Source: Candidatus Nitrospira inopinata
Lineage (GTDB): Bacteria; Nitrospirota; Nitrospiria; Nitrospirales; Nitrospiraceae
DNA length: 32,000 bases
NCBI RefSeq assembly: GCF_001458695.1
Contig: NZ_LN885086.1
Span: 3,150,001 to 3,182,000 of the forward strand
Reading direction: 5' to 3'
Part shown: piece by piece, positions 9,132 to 18,399 of the stretch
Layout: every line of letters starts with the position of its first letter
Numbering within the stretch: position 1 is the stretch's first letter
Made by a program: the position numbers and the translations under genes
Notes under the pieces: generated by a model
The model's input: the letters and a program-made list of their open reading frames with translations, nothing else
Database searches by the model: none
Told to the model about the DNA's origin: nothing

Positions 9132-11132
9132 CTACGCGTTCACTTCCAATTCTTTAAGCCGAAGCGCTCGGATGCGGTCGCGCAATTGAGCGGCCCGCTC
9201 GAAGGCGAGCTCTTTGGCAGCCGCCTTCATTTCCGCTTCCAATTTCTTGATAAGCTGATCCACCCTTTCTCCTCCCTCCGCTCCGTATGGTTCATCGGAT
9301 TCGGCCGCCGCCAAATGCACGTAATCCAGATCGGCCATGGCATACTCGATCGCGGGGATCCCCTTTTTGACGCTGGCCGGCGTGATACCGTGCGTTCGAT
9401 TGTATTCGCCCTGAATTCTCCGCCGCCGCTCCGTTTCCTCGATCGCCATCCGCATCGAGTCGGTGACGGTGTCTCCGTAGAAAATCACTCGACCTTCGAC
9501 GTTGCGCGCCGCACGGCCGGCCGTTTGAATGAGCGACCGATAGGAACGGAGGTATCCCTCCTTGTCGGCATCGAGGATGGCGACAAGACTCACTTCCGGC
9601 AGATCCAGTCCCTCGCGCAGCAGATTGATCCCCACCAATACGTCAAATCGACCGCGCCGAAGGTCCTGCACGATTTCGGCCCGCTCGAGCGTCTTGATGT
9701 CGGAATGAAGATACCGCACCTTGACGCCGAGATCATGGTAATACTCCGTCAAGTCCTCGGCCATGCGTTTGGTCAAGGTCGTGACCAGCACGCGGCCCCC
9801 CTTGGCAACCTCCGCCCGCACCTGCCCCAGCAGATGATCCACCTGTCCCTTGGCCGGCGCCACCGTGATCGCCGGATCCATCAGGCCGGTCGGACGGATG
9901 ATCTGTTCCACGATCTCGCCCTTCGCCCGTTCCAATTCATAGGGACCCGGCGTGGCCGATACATAGACCGCTTGATGCAGGCACCGCTCGAATTCCGAAA
10001 ATTTGAGAGGTCGATTATCGACGGCCGAGGGAAGGCGAAACCCGTACTCCACCAGAGTCCGCTTCCGCGAATAATCCCCTTCGTACATGCCTCCCACTTG
10101 CGGGATCGTCGCGTGCGACTCGTCAACGATCAGCAGAAAATCCTTCGGAAAATAATCCAGCAACGTGGGCGGCGGTTCACCCGGCGCCCGTCCGCTCAAA
10201 TGGCGCGAATAGTTCTCAATCCCGTGGCAGTAGCCGACGGCGCGAATCATTTCCAAATCGAATTTCGTCCGCTGCTCCAGGCGCTGCGCCTCGACCAACC
10301 GGCCTGTTTTTCTGAGCTCGATCAGCCGCTCTTCCAGCTCTTCTTCTATGCCGGCGATGGCCCGTTCGTAGCGATCCGGCGCGATGAGATAGTGCGTGTT
10401 GGGATAGATGGCGATTTTCGGCAACTTCCCCAACGATTTCCCGGTGAGCGGATCAATTTCGTGGATCGCATCGACCACGTCGCCGAACAGCTCGATCCGC
10501 ACCGATTTGGCCTCCGACGACGCGGGAAACACTTCGATCACGTCTCCTCGCGCTCGAAACGTCCCGCGATGGAAATCAACGTCGTTCCGCTCATATTGGA
10601 TTTCCACGAGCTTTTGTAAAATTTTTTCCCGCCGGATCTCATCGCCCTCTTGGAGATAGACCAGCATATCGTGGTACACCTCTGGAGATCCCAACCCGTA
10701 GATGCACGAGACCGACGACACGATCAGCACGTCGTTTCGCTGAAGCAGCGCCGTGGTCGCGGCATGCCGCATCTGGTCGATGGCGTCGTTGATCGACGCG
10801 TCCTTGGCGATGTAGGTATCGCTCTGCGGAATGTAGGCTTCCGGTTGGTAGTAATCGTAATAGCTCACGAAATACTCGACGGCGTTGCGGGGGAAGAACT
10901 GCTTGAACTCTTGATACAGTTGCCCGGCGAGCGTTTTGTTGTGAACCAGCACCAGTGTGGGTTTTTGCACCCGTTCGATCAGGTTGGCCATCGTAAACGT
11001 CTTGCCGGATCCGGTGACCCCCAGCAAAACCTGGTGGCGTTTCCCGGCTTCTATTCCGGCCGCCAGTTTGGCGATCGCTTCCGGCTGATGGCCGCAGGGT
11101 TTGAAGGGCGCCTCAAGCTTGAACGGGGGCAT
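9132..11132 (-). CDS. uvrB: Excinuclease ABC subunit B
   Basis: ATG at 11132 gives [23 protein letters not shown], the family N-terminus; the track start at 11333 would run through the upstream terminator and into the rbp gene. [12 protein letters not shown], helicase motifs, C-terminal UVR domain ([14 protein letters not shown]). Confidence 0.95.
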   Translation of the reverse strand: MPPFKLEAPFKPCGHQPEAIAKLAAGIEAGKRHQVLLGVTGSGKTFTMANLIERVQKPTLVLVHNKTLAGQLYQEFKQFFPRNAVEYFVSYYDYYQPEAYIPQSDTYIAKDASINDAIDQMRHAATTALLQRNDVLIVSSVSCIYGLGSPEVYHDMLVYLQEGDEIRREKILQKLVEIQYERNDVDFHRGTFRARGDVIEVFPASSEAKSVRIELFGDVVDAIHEIDPLTGKSLGKLPKIAIYPNTHYLIAPDRYERAIAGIEEELEERLIELRKTGRLVEAQRLEQRTKFDLEMIRAVGYCHGIENYSRHLSGRAPGEPPPTLLDYFPKDFLLIVDESHATIPQVGGMYEGDYSRKRTLVEYGFRLPSAVDNRPLKFSEFERCLHQAVYVSATPGPYELERAKGEIVEQIIRPTGLMDPAITVAPAKGQVDHLLGQVRAEVAKGGRVLVTTLTKRMAEDLTEYYHDLGVKVRYLHSDIKTLERAEIVQDLRRGRFDVLVGINLLREGLDLPEVSLVAILDADKEGYLRSYRSLIQTAGRAARNVEGRVIFYGDTVTDSMRMAIEETERRRRIQGEYNRTHGITPASVKKGIPAIEYAMADLDYVHLAAAESDEPYGAEGGERVDQLIKKLEAEMKAAAKELAFERAAQLRDRIRALRLKELEVNA

Positions 11133-11204
11133 CGTCTTTTCGTCGTAAACTAAATCGGCCTCCGCGCATCGACCGATCACAGGCCCTTTTTGAACGAACA
11201 GAAT

Positions 11205-11235
11205 AAAAAAGGGGGGCCGGATCGCCGGCGCCCCC
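11205..11235 (-). terminator. Rho-independent terminator downstream of the RRM gene
   Basis: The minus strand reads GGGGGCGCCGG-CGAT-CCGGCCCCCC (10 bp GC stem, one bulged G, 4-nt loop) followed by TTTTTT. It lies 25 nt after the rbp stop. Confidence 0.75.
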
Positions 11236-11259
11236 TGCATCACGCACGACGTGATCTGG

Positions 11260-11562
11260 CTAGTTGCGACCGCCCCCTCCGAATCCCCCTCGGCCTCCAC
11301 CGCCCTGACGGGGTTCCTGGGGACGAGCTTCATTGACCGTTAACGTCCGTCCACCGAATTGTGTCCCATTTAATGCCGCGATGGCAGCCTGCGCTTCGGA
11401 CTCGGAGGACATCTCCACAAATCCAAATCCTCGGGATTGTCCGGTAAACTTGTCCGTGATGATCCGCGCCGATGCCACTGTTCCGTGAGCGGCAAACAGG
11501 TCGCTCAGTTGCTGCTCAGTCGTCGCGTACGGCAATCCACCCACATAAATCTTCGCACCCAT
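11260..11562 (-). CDS. RRM-type RNA-binding protein with Gly/Arg-rich tail
   Basis: ATG at 11562 has AAGGAGG 8 nt upstream. RNP2 IYVGGL, RNP1 RGFGFVEM, C-terminal [16 protein letters not shown]. Confidence 0.92.
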   Translation of the reverse strand: MGAKIYVGGLPYATTEQQLSDLFAAHGTVASARIITDKFTGQSRGFGFVEMSSESEAQAAIAALNGTQFGGRTLTVNEARPQEPRQGGGGRGGFGGGGRN

Positions 11563-11859
11563 CAGCAGACCCTCCTTTGACACAATGGTGCTGTTTTGGA
11601 CTCGAGAAGGAAGTAAGGAAAGAAAGGGGCCGAAGACGTCACGACACCGCGCCGGCTTAACTCCGGCTTCCGATCAGATTCCCGGGCTGGACCAAAACAA
11701 CACCCGCTCAGGCCTTGTCGCTCTCCGCGCTTGTCTGCCAGGCCTCTCGCATCCAAGCGGGCCCATCCTACCCCACTCGAGGAGGCAAAGGCAAGCTTCG
11801 ATCCCTCGCCTCGTTCCATTTTTGACCGCGCGGTCACCGTTCCATGGACCATGGACGGC

Positions 11860-12645
11860 TTAATAGGCGGGGGGAGGCGACAGGGGGCGATGAGAAAAAA
11901 GGGGCGCGGCATGAAAGATGTCGAAAGATAACGACGCCTTTCCTCCGGCCACCAGACCGACTTGTCCCAGCCCGAGCGTCTGATCCTCGACGGACAAGAC
12001 CAATACGCCGTCGACGAACATCTCGATGAAGTCCTTGCTGATGATCGTATTCCGTTGCGCTCTCAGCGAATGCCACTCAGTATTTTTGAGACTCACCGAA
12101 GTTTGAGCCAGCACCTGCTCGTTTCCTTCCATCATCCGAATCACGCGCGCCGTGGACGTCGCCAGATCGACCACTGTCGCATAAAAATTCTCGGAATCTC
12201 TGACCCCGAAGACAATTCCCCCGATTCCTTGCGAGCCTCGAAAGCGAACCGAAAGATCCGGATATTCATAATTGAGCCCCTTGGCGATCAACAAATGGTA
12301 ACAGGGCCCCACACCACAGTCCGCCGATACCGCCACGACATTGGGCGGCGACGGAGCATTCATAGAGGTTTGAACGGTCCAGGCGACAGGCCGCCCCTTC
12401 CCGACGGCCATCTCTAAAAACCCGGCGGGCGTCTGATTTAGCGGGTCTTGGTCGAACGCCCACCGCTGAAACAATCCGCCTTTCGCCTGCTGCTTGAGAC
12501 GGGATTCTTTCTCCTCCTGCGTTTCCCGCTGAACGGCATCCGCCCGGTCACCGACAGCCGGGATGCTCCATCCGACCACAAGACAGATCCAGAACACTTT
12601 GCTCCCTATCATCGCGACTCTTCGGCTCCTTTGAGACAGCGCCAT
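11860..12645 (-). CDS. Secreted hypothetical protein, probable concanavalin A-like/LamG jelly-roll domain
   Basis: ATG at 12645 (GGGGAG 7 nt upstream) gives the signal-like MALSQRSRRVAMIGSKVFWICLVVGWSIPAVG. The beta-rich C-terminal part (FYATVVD...VIRMMEGNEQVL...WHSLRAQ...IEMFVDGVLVLSVED...GQVGLVAGG) resembles lectin/glucanase folds. The family call is from memory only. Confidence 0.6.
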   Translation of the reverse strand: MALSQRSRRVAMIGSKVFWICLVVGWSIPAVGDRADAVQRETQEEKESRLKQQAKGGLFQRWAFDQDPLNQTPAGFLEMAVGKGRPVAWTVQTSMNAPSPPNVVAVSADCGVGPCYHLLIAKGLNYEYPDLSVRFRGSQGIGGIVFGVRDSENFYATVVDLATSTARVIRMMEGNEQVLAQTSVSLKNTEWHSLRAQRNTIISKDFIEMFVDGVLVLSVEDQTLGLGQVGLVAGGKASLSFDIFHAAPLFSHRPLSPPPAY

Positions 12646-12725
12646 GGCCGATCTCCCCGTCAAGCAACTTGTTTTCATCCACCTAACAACGCTTTACAAT
12701 GAACCAAGACATCGTGCCGATCCCA

Positions 12726-12753
12726 CTATTTTGGCTATTTTGTGGCTATTTTG
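12726..12753. repeat. Three phased direct repeats CTATTTTG (CAAAATAG on the minus strand)
   Basis: Copies at 12726-12733, 12735-12742 and 12746-12753, spaced 9 and 11 nt, in an AT-rich patch. The third copy contains the stop codon of the 84-aa ORF. The array lies about 80-110 nt upstream of the ConA-like gene start. Confidence 0.8.
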
Positions 12754-13000
12754 ATTGACCGGCGTTTTTGATTTGAAGAATTTCCCGCTGCAACCGATCC
12801 CGCTCGGCGAGAATCTTCTTCCGTCGTTGCCACCGATCCCATGTCCACCATCGCAGTTTCTCGCCGAACGTCACCGTCGGCGGCGCCACGCTGCCTCCCG
12901 GAGCGTCCTGAAACGAATAGCCTTGATGAGTGTCCCGCTGTTCAAAAAATCGTTTATAGAGGTGGTCGTACAATCCGTTCCCCGAACCGCCAGCCGCCAT
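12746..13000 (-). CDS. Hypothetical small protein (84 aa) with a Trp/Arg-rich C-terminal helix
   Basis: ATG at 13000 has AAAGGAG 5 nt upstream. Sequence is MAAGGSGNGLYDHLYKRFFEQRD...KLRWWTWDRWQRRKKILAERDRLQREILQIK. I recognise no family. The competing plus-strand ORF 12755-13066 looks non-protein-like. Confidence 0.5.
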   Translation of the reverse strand: MAAGGSGNGLYDHLYKRFFEQRDTHQGYSFQDAPGGSVAPPTVTFGEKLRWWTWDRWQRRKKILAERDRLQREILQIKNAGQSK

Positions 13001-13108
13001 CGGCGCTCCTTTCTCGCGCACAGATTTCTGCTTTGCTTACTCTTTGTCCGTCTCAACCGGAGATAGTACCCTGTCCCTCCAAGATGGTGCAACGGGTTGC
13101 GCCGTCTG

Positions 13109-13117
13109 TGCTATAGT
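13109..13117 (+). promoter_or_regulatory. Candidate extended -10 element (TGcTATAGT) for the M28 peptidase gene
   Basis: TGCTATAGT at 13109-13117, 42 nt upstream of the TTG start. The near-palindrome GCAACGGGTTGC sits where a -35 element would be. Confidence 0.25.
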
Positions 13118-13158
13118 TTTGCCGCTTCGCAAGGTCAACGCTCGAAGGCGGAGGTTTC

Positions 13159-14691
13159 TTGCCCATTTTCACTTCCTTCCTTGCACGACAAACGCCCGCC
13201 CTTGTCGGCCTCTGGATCGTCTTCCAAACGACACCGATCGTCGCTCAGCAAGCTGAAGAGGGACTGTTCAAGGCCATCGAAATCATTTCTTCCGAACGGA
13301 TGCTGGCCGATGTTCGGACGTTGAGCGGCCCGTCATTTAACGGGAGGCAAACGGGAACCGAGGACGATCTCCGTTCCGCCCGATGGGTCGCGCAGGAGTT
13401 TCTATCGGCAGGGCTTCGTCTGCCCAAAGTGTATAACGGCTCGCTGGTGATACCGGGCTCTTCGGGAAAAGACGGCGCCACGACAGGTATCATGGCGGCT
13501 CTCGTCGCCGCACCGCTTTTGGCTCCCGATCCCATGCTTCAAATCGGTACCGTTGACGGCCTCTCGACCGTTGCGCTCGGCACGGAGTACCTTCCTATCT
13601 TCGATGCCCCTTCTGTCGATCTTCACGGTCAAATCGTCTTTGTCGGCTATGGCATCGTCGATCCATCCCAAGGCATCGACGACTACGCCGGCGTGGACGT
13701 CCATAACCGTATCGTGCTCTTCCTCCGAGGCAAGCCGGACTATGTCAAACATCCGATCAGCCACGCGGACAAGGTCCGGCTTGCGCGAGAGCGTGGCGCC
13801 CTTGCCTACCTGACCGCAACCGGCCCCATTCTCCATCTCTATGAAGCCCGCCGAGGCGTCACGGGAAGCCCCGGCGCCTTCTACGGACAACTGCCCCTCG
13901 ACCAAGCCATTCCGGGAGCCTGGATCAGCACGACCCTCGCGGAACGGATCCTCGCCGACTCGAACCATGCCGCTCCCGATCGCCTGCTCACGCTTCAAGA
14001 AGAGCTCAATCGGAATCCGTCGTCCCGCTCGATCATCACGAATCACTATGCTTCGCTCCGGTGGAACACCGAGACGCAGGACGGCGCGCTGACCAACGTG
14101 TTGGGAGTGCTCCCCGGAACGGGACCGGACTGGATCATCATCGGCGCGCACCGCGACCATTTCGGTAAACCGGCCGGCCTGTTGTTTCCCGGAGCGGACG
14201 ACAACGCCTCGGGCACCGCCGTGATCCTGGAGGTGGCACGGGCCCTTATCAAGGCCGGATTCCATCCCAGGCGTTCGGTCCTCTTTGTCTCGTTCAGCGG
14301 AGAGGAGCGAGATCTGCTCGGATCGCGCCTCTATACCTCGCGCCCCCTTGTGCCGCTCGCAGCAACAAAGGCCATGATCAACATCGACCACGCCGGAATC
14401 GGCAATGGAAGGCTCACTGTCGGCGTGACCAATCTGGATAAACGGATCGCCCTCGACGCGGGGACCGCGGCGGGGTTACAGGACCGACTCGATCTCTTCG
14501 GATTTTTCCCCGGCGGCGATCACGTGCCGTTCAAGGAAGCCGGCGTGCCGACCGTCACGGTGGTCAGCAGCGGCGTTCATCCACATTTTCACCAGCCCAC
14601 CGACACGGCCGACACGCTCGACCCGGACATCTTGCGAAACGTGGCTCGGTACGTGCTGACCTTGGCGTGGCGGTTGGCCGATGAGCCGTGA
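13159..14691 (+). CDS. M28 family aminopeptidase with PA (protease-associated) insert, secreted
   Basis: 510 aa; TTG start with GGCGGAGG upstream and a signal-like N-terminus. M28 zinc-ligand blocks IIGAHRDHFG, GADDNASGTAVILEVARAL, FSGEERDLLGS, HQPTD. Confidence 0.88.
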   Translation: MPIFTSFLARQTPALVGLWIVFQTTPIVAQQAEEGLFKAIEIISSERMLADVRTLSGPSFNGRQTGTEDDLRSARWVAQEFLSAGLRLPKVYNGSLVIPGSSGKDGATTGIMAALVAAPLLAPDPMLQIGTVDGLSTVALGTEYLPIFDAPSVDLHGQIVFVGYGIVDPSQGIDDYAGVDVHNRIVLFLRGKPDYVKHPISHADKVRLARERGALAYLTATGPILHLYEARRGVTGSPGAFYGQLPLDQAIPGAWISTTLAERILADSNHAAPDRLLTLQEELNRNPSSRSIITNHYASLRWNTETQDGALTNVLGVLPGTGPDWIIIGAHRDHFGKPAGLLFPGADDNASGTAVILEVARALIKAGFHPRRSVLFVSFSGEERDLLGSRLYTSRPLVPLAATKAMINIDHAGIGNGRLTVGVTNLDKRIALDAGTAAGLQDRLDLFGFFPGGDHVPFKEAGVPTVTVVSSGVHPHFHQPTDTADTLDPDILRNVARYVLTLAWRLADEP

Positions 14692-14784
14692 ACACTTTTA
14701 TACGGGTAATATCTGCGTCCCAAGCAGTGGTCGGGGCGTAGACTTACCCGACCTGCCTGCCCGTACCCGGAATCAAATCGTAGG

Positions 14785-15201
14785 TTACGGAATATCGTCC
14801 AAGAGCGTCGATTGGATCGGCAGCAGCGGAGCCGTTTGGCGCGGGGGACCCGGTAGAATGAGCGGATTGCCGATTTGATTGGCGCCCTGAATCAATCCGA
14901 TGGAAAGCTGAGGCCCCAAGGTCCCGGCCGCCCCGCTCCAAGCCTGACCCGTGGCGGGGTTGCGAAAACTGTAGGTCTGGAAATTCTGCCCAGGCGTGTA
15001 AAGAAAGCCTTGCGTGCCCTGGTTGTCAATGTAGAGGCTGCCTCCCGGAAACCTAACCAGGGGCGCAACACCGCCGCCAAAGGCCCGCACACCGGACACG
15101 CCCTGCCCCCATGCAGTTGAACCGAACTGCCCTGTCAGGAACAGAAACATGGACAGGCCGGCCATCATCCTCGTAATTTCCAACAAGCGCGCGCGCTTCA
15201 T
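14785..15201 (-). CDS. Secreted hypothetical protein, Gly/Gln/Pro-rich (138 aa)
   Basis: ATG at 15201 with AAGGAA upstream. Signal peptide MKRARLLEITRMMAGLSMFLFLTGQFGSTAWG, then a low-complexity G/Q/P-rich mature part. No family recognised. Confidence 0.6.
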   Translation of the reverse strand: MKRARLLEITRMMAGLSMFLFLTGQFGSTAWGQGVSGVRAFGGGVAPLVRFPGGSLYIDNQGTQGFLYTPGQNFQTYSFRNPATGQAWSGAAGTLGPQLSIGLIQGANQIGNPLILPGPPRQTAPLLPIQSTLLDDIP

Positions 15202-15229
15202 GACAATTTCCTTTTTGCCGGATTATAGT
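15200..15229 (+). promoter_or_regulatory. Candidate sigma70 promoter for the TolC-like gene
   Basis: ATGACA (15200-15205), 18 nt, TATAGT (15224-15229), about 38 nt upstream of ATG 15267. The -35 element overlaps the start codon of the divergent gene. Confidence 0.35.
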
Positions 15230-15266
15230 ATGGACTCGCGACCGATGTCGATTCAAGGAGGCGTGT

Positions 15267-16841
15267 ATGGATCTCGAAATGGTATCTCTTGGTTTGAGGC
15301 GCACGGCCGTTTTTATCATGGCGTTCTGGATCGCCTCGGGGCCGATTGACGGTCCGGCTTCGGCCGCAACCGACGAGGCGTCGGAAACACCCGCCGAGCG
15401 GCGCGAAACCCTCTCGCTCGCGGACGCCGCGCTGCGCGCGTTGCAATACAATCTCGACATCAGCATCAGCCGCCACACCAAGGAGAGCCGACTCGCCGAC
15501 ATCGTCATCGAGCAATCGAAGTTCGATCCGACCTTCAGCATCAACGGGCAATACAATCGGATCGTCAACCCCCTGAATCGCCCGGTGTTCGGAGGTACGG
15601 GCGGAATCCTGGACGAGATCACCGTCTTCGACCAACGCAATCACTCCGTCACCGTCGATGCGACACAAAGCCTGATCACCGGTGGCAACGTCAATCTGAA
15701 TTACAGTCCGTCTCGCAGCAGCATCAATCAAGACGTCGCCAGAGGATTTTTGTTCAACCCTTCGTGGACCGGAGGCCTGGCGTTGACGATCACTCAACCG
15801 TTGTTGCGCAACGCCGGCATCAACGTCAACAAAACCTTTATCAAAGTCGCTCAAAACAACGCCGAAGTGGAGCAGCACGTCTTTCGCGATCGCGTGATGA
15901 GCGTCATTGCCTCAGTGGAACAAACCTATTGGGAACTCGTTTTCGCAAATGAAAATCTGAAAGTCGCCCAAACCGCCCTCAAGGCCGCCGAAGAATTGCT
16001 GGCGTCCAACCGCGCCAAGCTGAAAGCCGGCGTCATGTCCATCGTGGACGTCCTGCAGGCGGAAGCGGCCGTCGCCTCGCGCGTGGAGCAAGTGCTGGTC
16101 GCCGAACGAACCATCCATGACCAGGAAGATCAGCTCCGGCGCCTGCTGAATCCTGGAGAGGACAATCTGCGGCAAGATGTCCATGTGACGCCCGCCGACG
16201 CACCCGTCACCGTGCTCGAGCCGCTGAGTCTTCAAGAAGCCATCGATACGGCCATCGAACGGCGTCCTGAAGTCGTCCAGGCGAAAAAGAACGTGGAATC
16301 GGGCGAGTTGAACAAGGAATTCGCCCGCAACCAACTGCTTCCCACCCTCTCGCTCCAAGGCACCATCGGACTGTCCGGCTTGGGCAAAGACTACGGCGAT
16401 TCGTTTACCAGAAACTTCGGCGGAGACTTTTACAACTACGGCGCCGGTTTGGTCTTGAGCTATCCCCTCGGCAACCGCTCCGCGCTCAGCACGTACAACA
16501 AACGCCAACTGGAAGCCAAAAACGCCGAGGCCGCGCTCGCCAGCGTTCGCCAGCAAATCATCGTGGGCGTCCGTGAAGCGGTGCGGCGGGTCCAGACCGA
16601 TTTCAAACGGATCGAGACGACCAGATCCGCCCGCATCATGGCCGAGAAACAGCTCCAAGCCGAGCGGGAACGGCTGCGGGTCGGGCTGAGCACCACCCGC
16701 TTCGTGCTCGACTTTCAGCGGGACTTGGCCGTCGCGCAGGCCAATGAGCTGCGGGCCGTGATCGATTACAATAAGTCCCTGTCAAACCTGGCGCGACACA
16801 AGGCGACCACGTTGGACCGCTACCATATTCAGTTGGAATGA
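15267..16841 (+). CDS. TolC-family outer membrane efflux protein
   Basis: 524 aa; AAGGAGG 5 nt upstream of the ATG; signal peptide. Two OEP-like repeats (LSLADAALRALQYNLDI..., LSLQEAIDTAIERRPEV...) and coiled-coil segments. No adjacent pump or adaptor genes. Confidence 0.9.
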   Translation: MDLEMVSLGLRRTAVFIMAFWIASGPIDGPASAATDEASETPAERRETLSLADAALRALQYNLDISISRHTKESRLADIVIEQSKFDPTFSINGQYNRIVNPLNRPVFGGTGGILDEITVFDQRNHSVTVDATQSLITGGNVNLNYSPSRSSINQDVARGFLFNPSWTGGLALTITQPLLRNAGINVNKTFIKVAQNNAEVEQHVFRDRVMSVIASVEQTYWELVFANENLKVAQTALKAAEELLASNRAKLKAGVMSIVDVLQAEAAVASRVEQVLVAERTIHDQEDQLRRLLNPGEDNLRQDVHVTPADAPVTVLEPLSLQEAIDTAIERRPEVVQAKKNVESGELNKEFARNQLLPTLSLQGTIGLSGLGKDYGDSFTRNFGGDFYNYGAGLVLSYPLGNRSALSTYNKRQLEAKNAEAALASVRQQIIVGVREAVRRVQTDFKRIETTRSARIMAEKQLQAERERLRVGLSTTRFVLDFQRDLAVAQANELRAVIDYNKSLSNLARHKATTLDRYHIQLE

Positions 16842-16941
16842 GACGAACCACTTCTCCGGCTTCCACGAGGCCGAGCATGAGCGAGAGAATCCCCGTCCCT
16901 CCGATTTCAGGCCAAGCCGGCCGGCCAGCCGATCAATCGCC

Positions 16942-17961
16942 ATGAATCCGTCCTTCTCCAGTTATCTCGTCAACGACGTGTTCGGCGATCCGGGCGTGTA
17001 CGTGGAAATCCGCTGGTCCAAGCGGGCCCTGCTGTTTGACCTCGGACACAATGACGCGTTGGGCCCCACCAGGCTCCTTCGGGCCGGCGAGATGTTCATC
17101 TCCCACACTCACATGGACCATTTCATCGGATTCGATACCGTGCTCCGGGTGGCGCTGGGACGAGGCAAGACGCTCCGCCTCTTCGGCCCTCCCGGATTGA
17201 TCGACAACGTGCAGGGCAAGCTCCGCGGCTACACCTGGAATCTGGTTGAGGGTTATCCCTTGACGATCGACGTCATGGAGTTTCACCGGCGGGCGACCCG
17301 GCGCGCCGTCTTTCACGCCGGCAACGGATTTCAACCGACGCCTCCCGTCGAAACTCCCCGTGCGGCGACACCGGCATGCCACCCCTTCACGGTCTTGGAT
17401 GATCCCCTCTTCGTCGTCAAGGCCGTCGCGCTGAATCATCGAATTCCCTCTTTCGCCTATTCGCTGGAGGAGCCGTTCCACATCAACGTCAACAAACAGA
17501 AATTGCATCAGGCCGGGCTGCGGGTCGGCGCCTGGCTCACGGAGGTGAAGCAACACATCCGGCAGGGCAGACCGGACGATTTCCGTTTTACCGTGGCGCT
17601 CTACGACGAACATCGACGGGAAGAGCGGGAGTTCACGCTGGGCGAGGTCAAGGAACGGTTCTTGACGATCTCGCGGGGACAGAAGATCGCCTACGTGGTC
17701 GATGCCCGCTACGACGAGGACAACGAAGCCGCCATCGTGGCGCTTGCCCGCGGCGCCGATGTCTTCTATTGCGAAGCCCCCTATCTGGACATCGACGCCG
17801 ACAAAGCCCGCGATCGGTATCACTTGACTGCGCGGCAGGCCGGACTGATGGCCCGCAAGGCGCAAGTCCGCGACCTCGTCGTGTTTCATTTTTCACCGCG
17901 CTATACCGGCCAAGGAGAACTGTTGGAGCGGGAAGCGATGGAGGCGTTTCAAGAAAGTTAA
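16942..17961 (+). CDS. Metallo-beta-lactamase fold hydrolase, RNase Z/BN-like
   Basis: 339 aa with HTHMDH (HxHxDH), downstream AVALNHRIPSFAY, and C-terminal VVFHFSPRY typical of RNase Z-like MBL proteins. Confidence 0.8.
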   Translation: MNPSFSSYLVNDVFGDPGVYVEIRWSKRALLFDLGHNDALGPTRLLRAGEMFISHTHMDHFIGFDTVLRVALGRGKTLRLFGPPGLIDNVQGKLRGYTWNLVEGYPLTIDVMEFHRRATRRAVFHAGNGFQPTPPVETPRAATPACHPFTVLDDPLFVVKAVALNHRIPSFAYSLEEPFHINVNKQKLHQAGLRVGAWLTEVKQHIRQGRPDDFRFTVALYDEHRREEREFTLGEVKERFLTISRGQKIAYVVDARYDEDNEAAIVALARGADVFYCEAPYLDIDADKARDRYHLTARQAGLMARKAQVRDLVVFHFSPRYTGQGELLEREAMEAFQES

Positions 17962-17970
17962 GGAGAAGCC

Positions 17971-18309
17971 GTGAACGAATTCGTCAAATACGCCGTCTAT
18001 TTTTTGCTGGGAGGAACGATCGTCAGTATCTCGACCTATCTGGGCTCGCAGGGCAAGTCGTTCCTGGCCGCTTTTGCCAGCACCTTTCCCGCGATTACCG
18101 GCGCCACATTCGTCCTAATGTATCTGAACGGAGGGAGCGACGCGATCATCGGCTACGCCAGGAATCTGCTCTGGTTCGTCCCGCCGTGGATCGTCTACGT
18201 CACGGCGATGATCGCGGGAGTTCCCCGTCTGGGTTTTTGGCCGACGATGGCCGGCTCGCTGCTGCTGTACATGACCTGCATCGGTCTCGTGCGGCTCTGG
18301 CTGCGCTAG
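17971..18309 (+). CDS. Small four-TM membrane protein, DUF3147-like
   Basis: 112 aa; GTG start with AAGGAGAAG upstream. YAVYFLLGGTIVSISTYLG ... FASTFPAITGATFVLMY resembles the DUF3147 pattern as I recall it. Confidence 0.7.
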   Translation: MNEFVKYAVYFLLGGTIVSISTYLGSQGKSFLAAFASTFPAITGATFVLMYLNGGSDAIIGYARNLLWFVPPWIVYVTAMIAGVPRLGFWPTMAGSLLLYMTCIGLVRLWLR

Positions 18310-18399
18310 GCCCATTCGAAGCCACGAGAAACCGCTTCCGCACGAGAGATCCGCCCCACTTTCTTCCCTCGTTGAACCGGCATCCTGACAGTTGCTAGG

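Noticed and set aside
11562-11912. ORFs in the rbp leader region (11562-11912 minus, 116 aa; 11585-11863 plus, 92 aa)
   Set aside because: The translations are Pro/Arg/Ser-rich with no motifs, no convincing SD is present, and the minus ORF overlaps the end of the upstream gene. The region is treated as non-coding.
18310-18399. SOS (LexA) boxes upstream of uvrA, and of uvrB at 11133-11204
   Set aside because: I looked for CTGT-N8-ACAG, GAAC-N4-GTTC and GTTC-N7-GTTC patterns. Only fragments are present (CTGACAG, GTTGAAC, GAACGAACAG) and no complete dyad. The LexA motif of this lineage is unknown to me.
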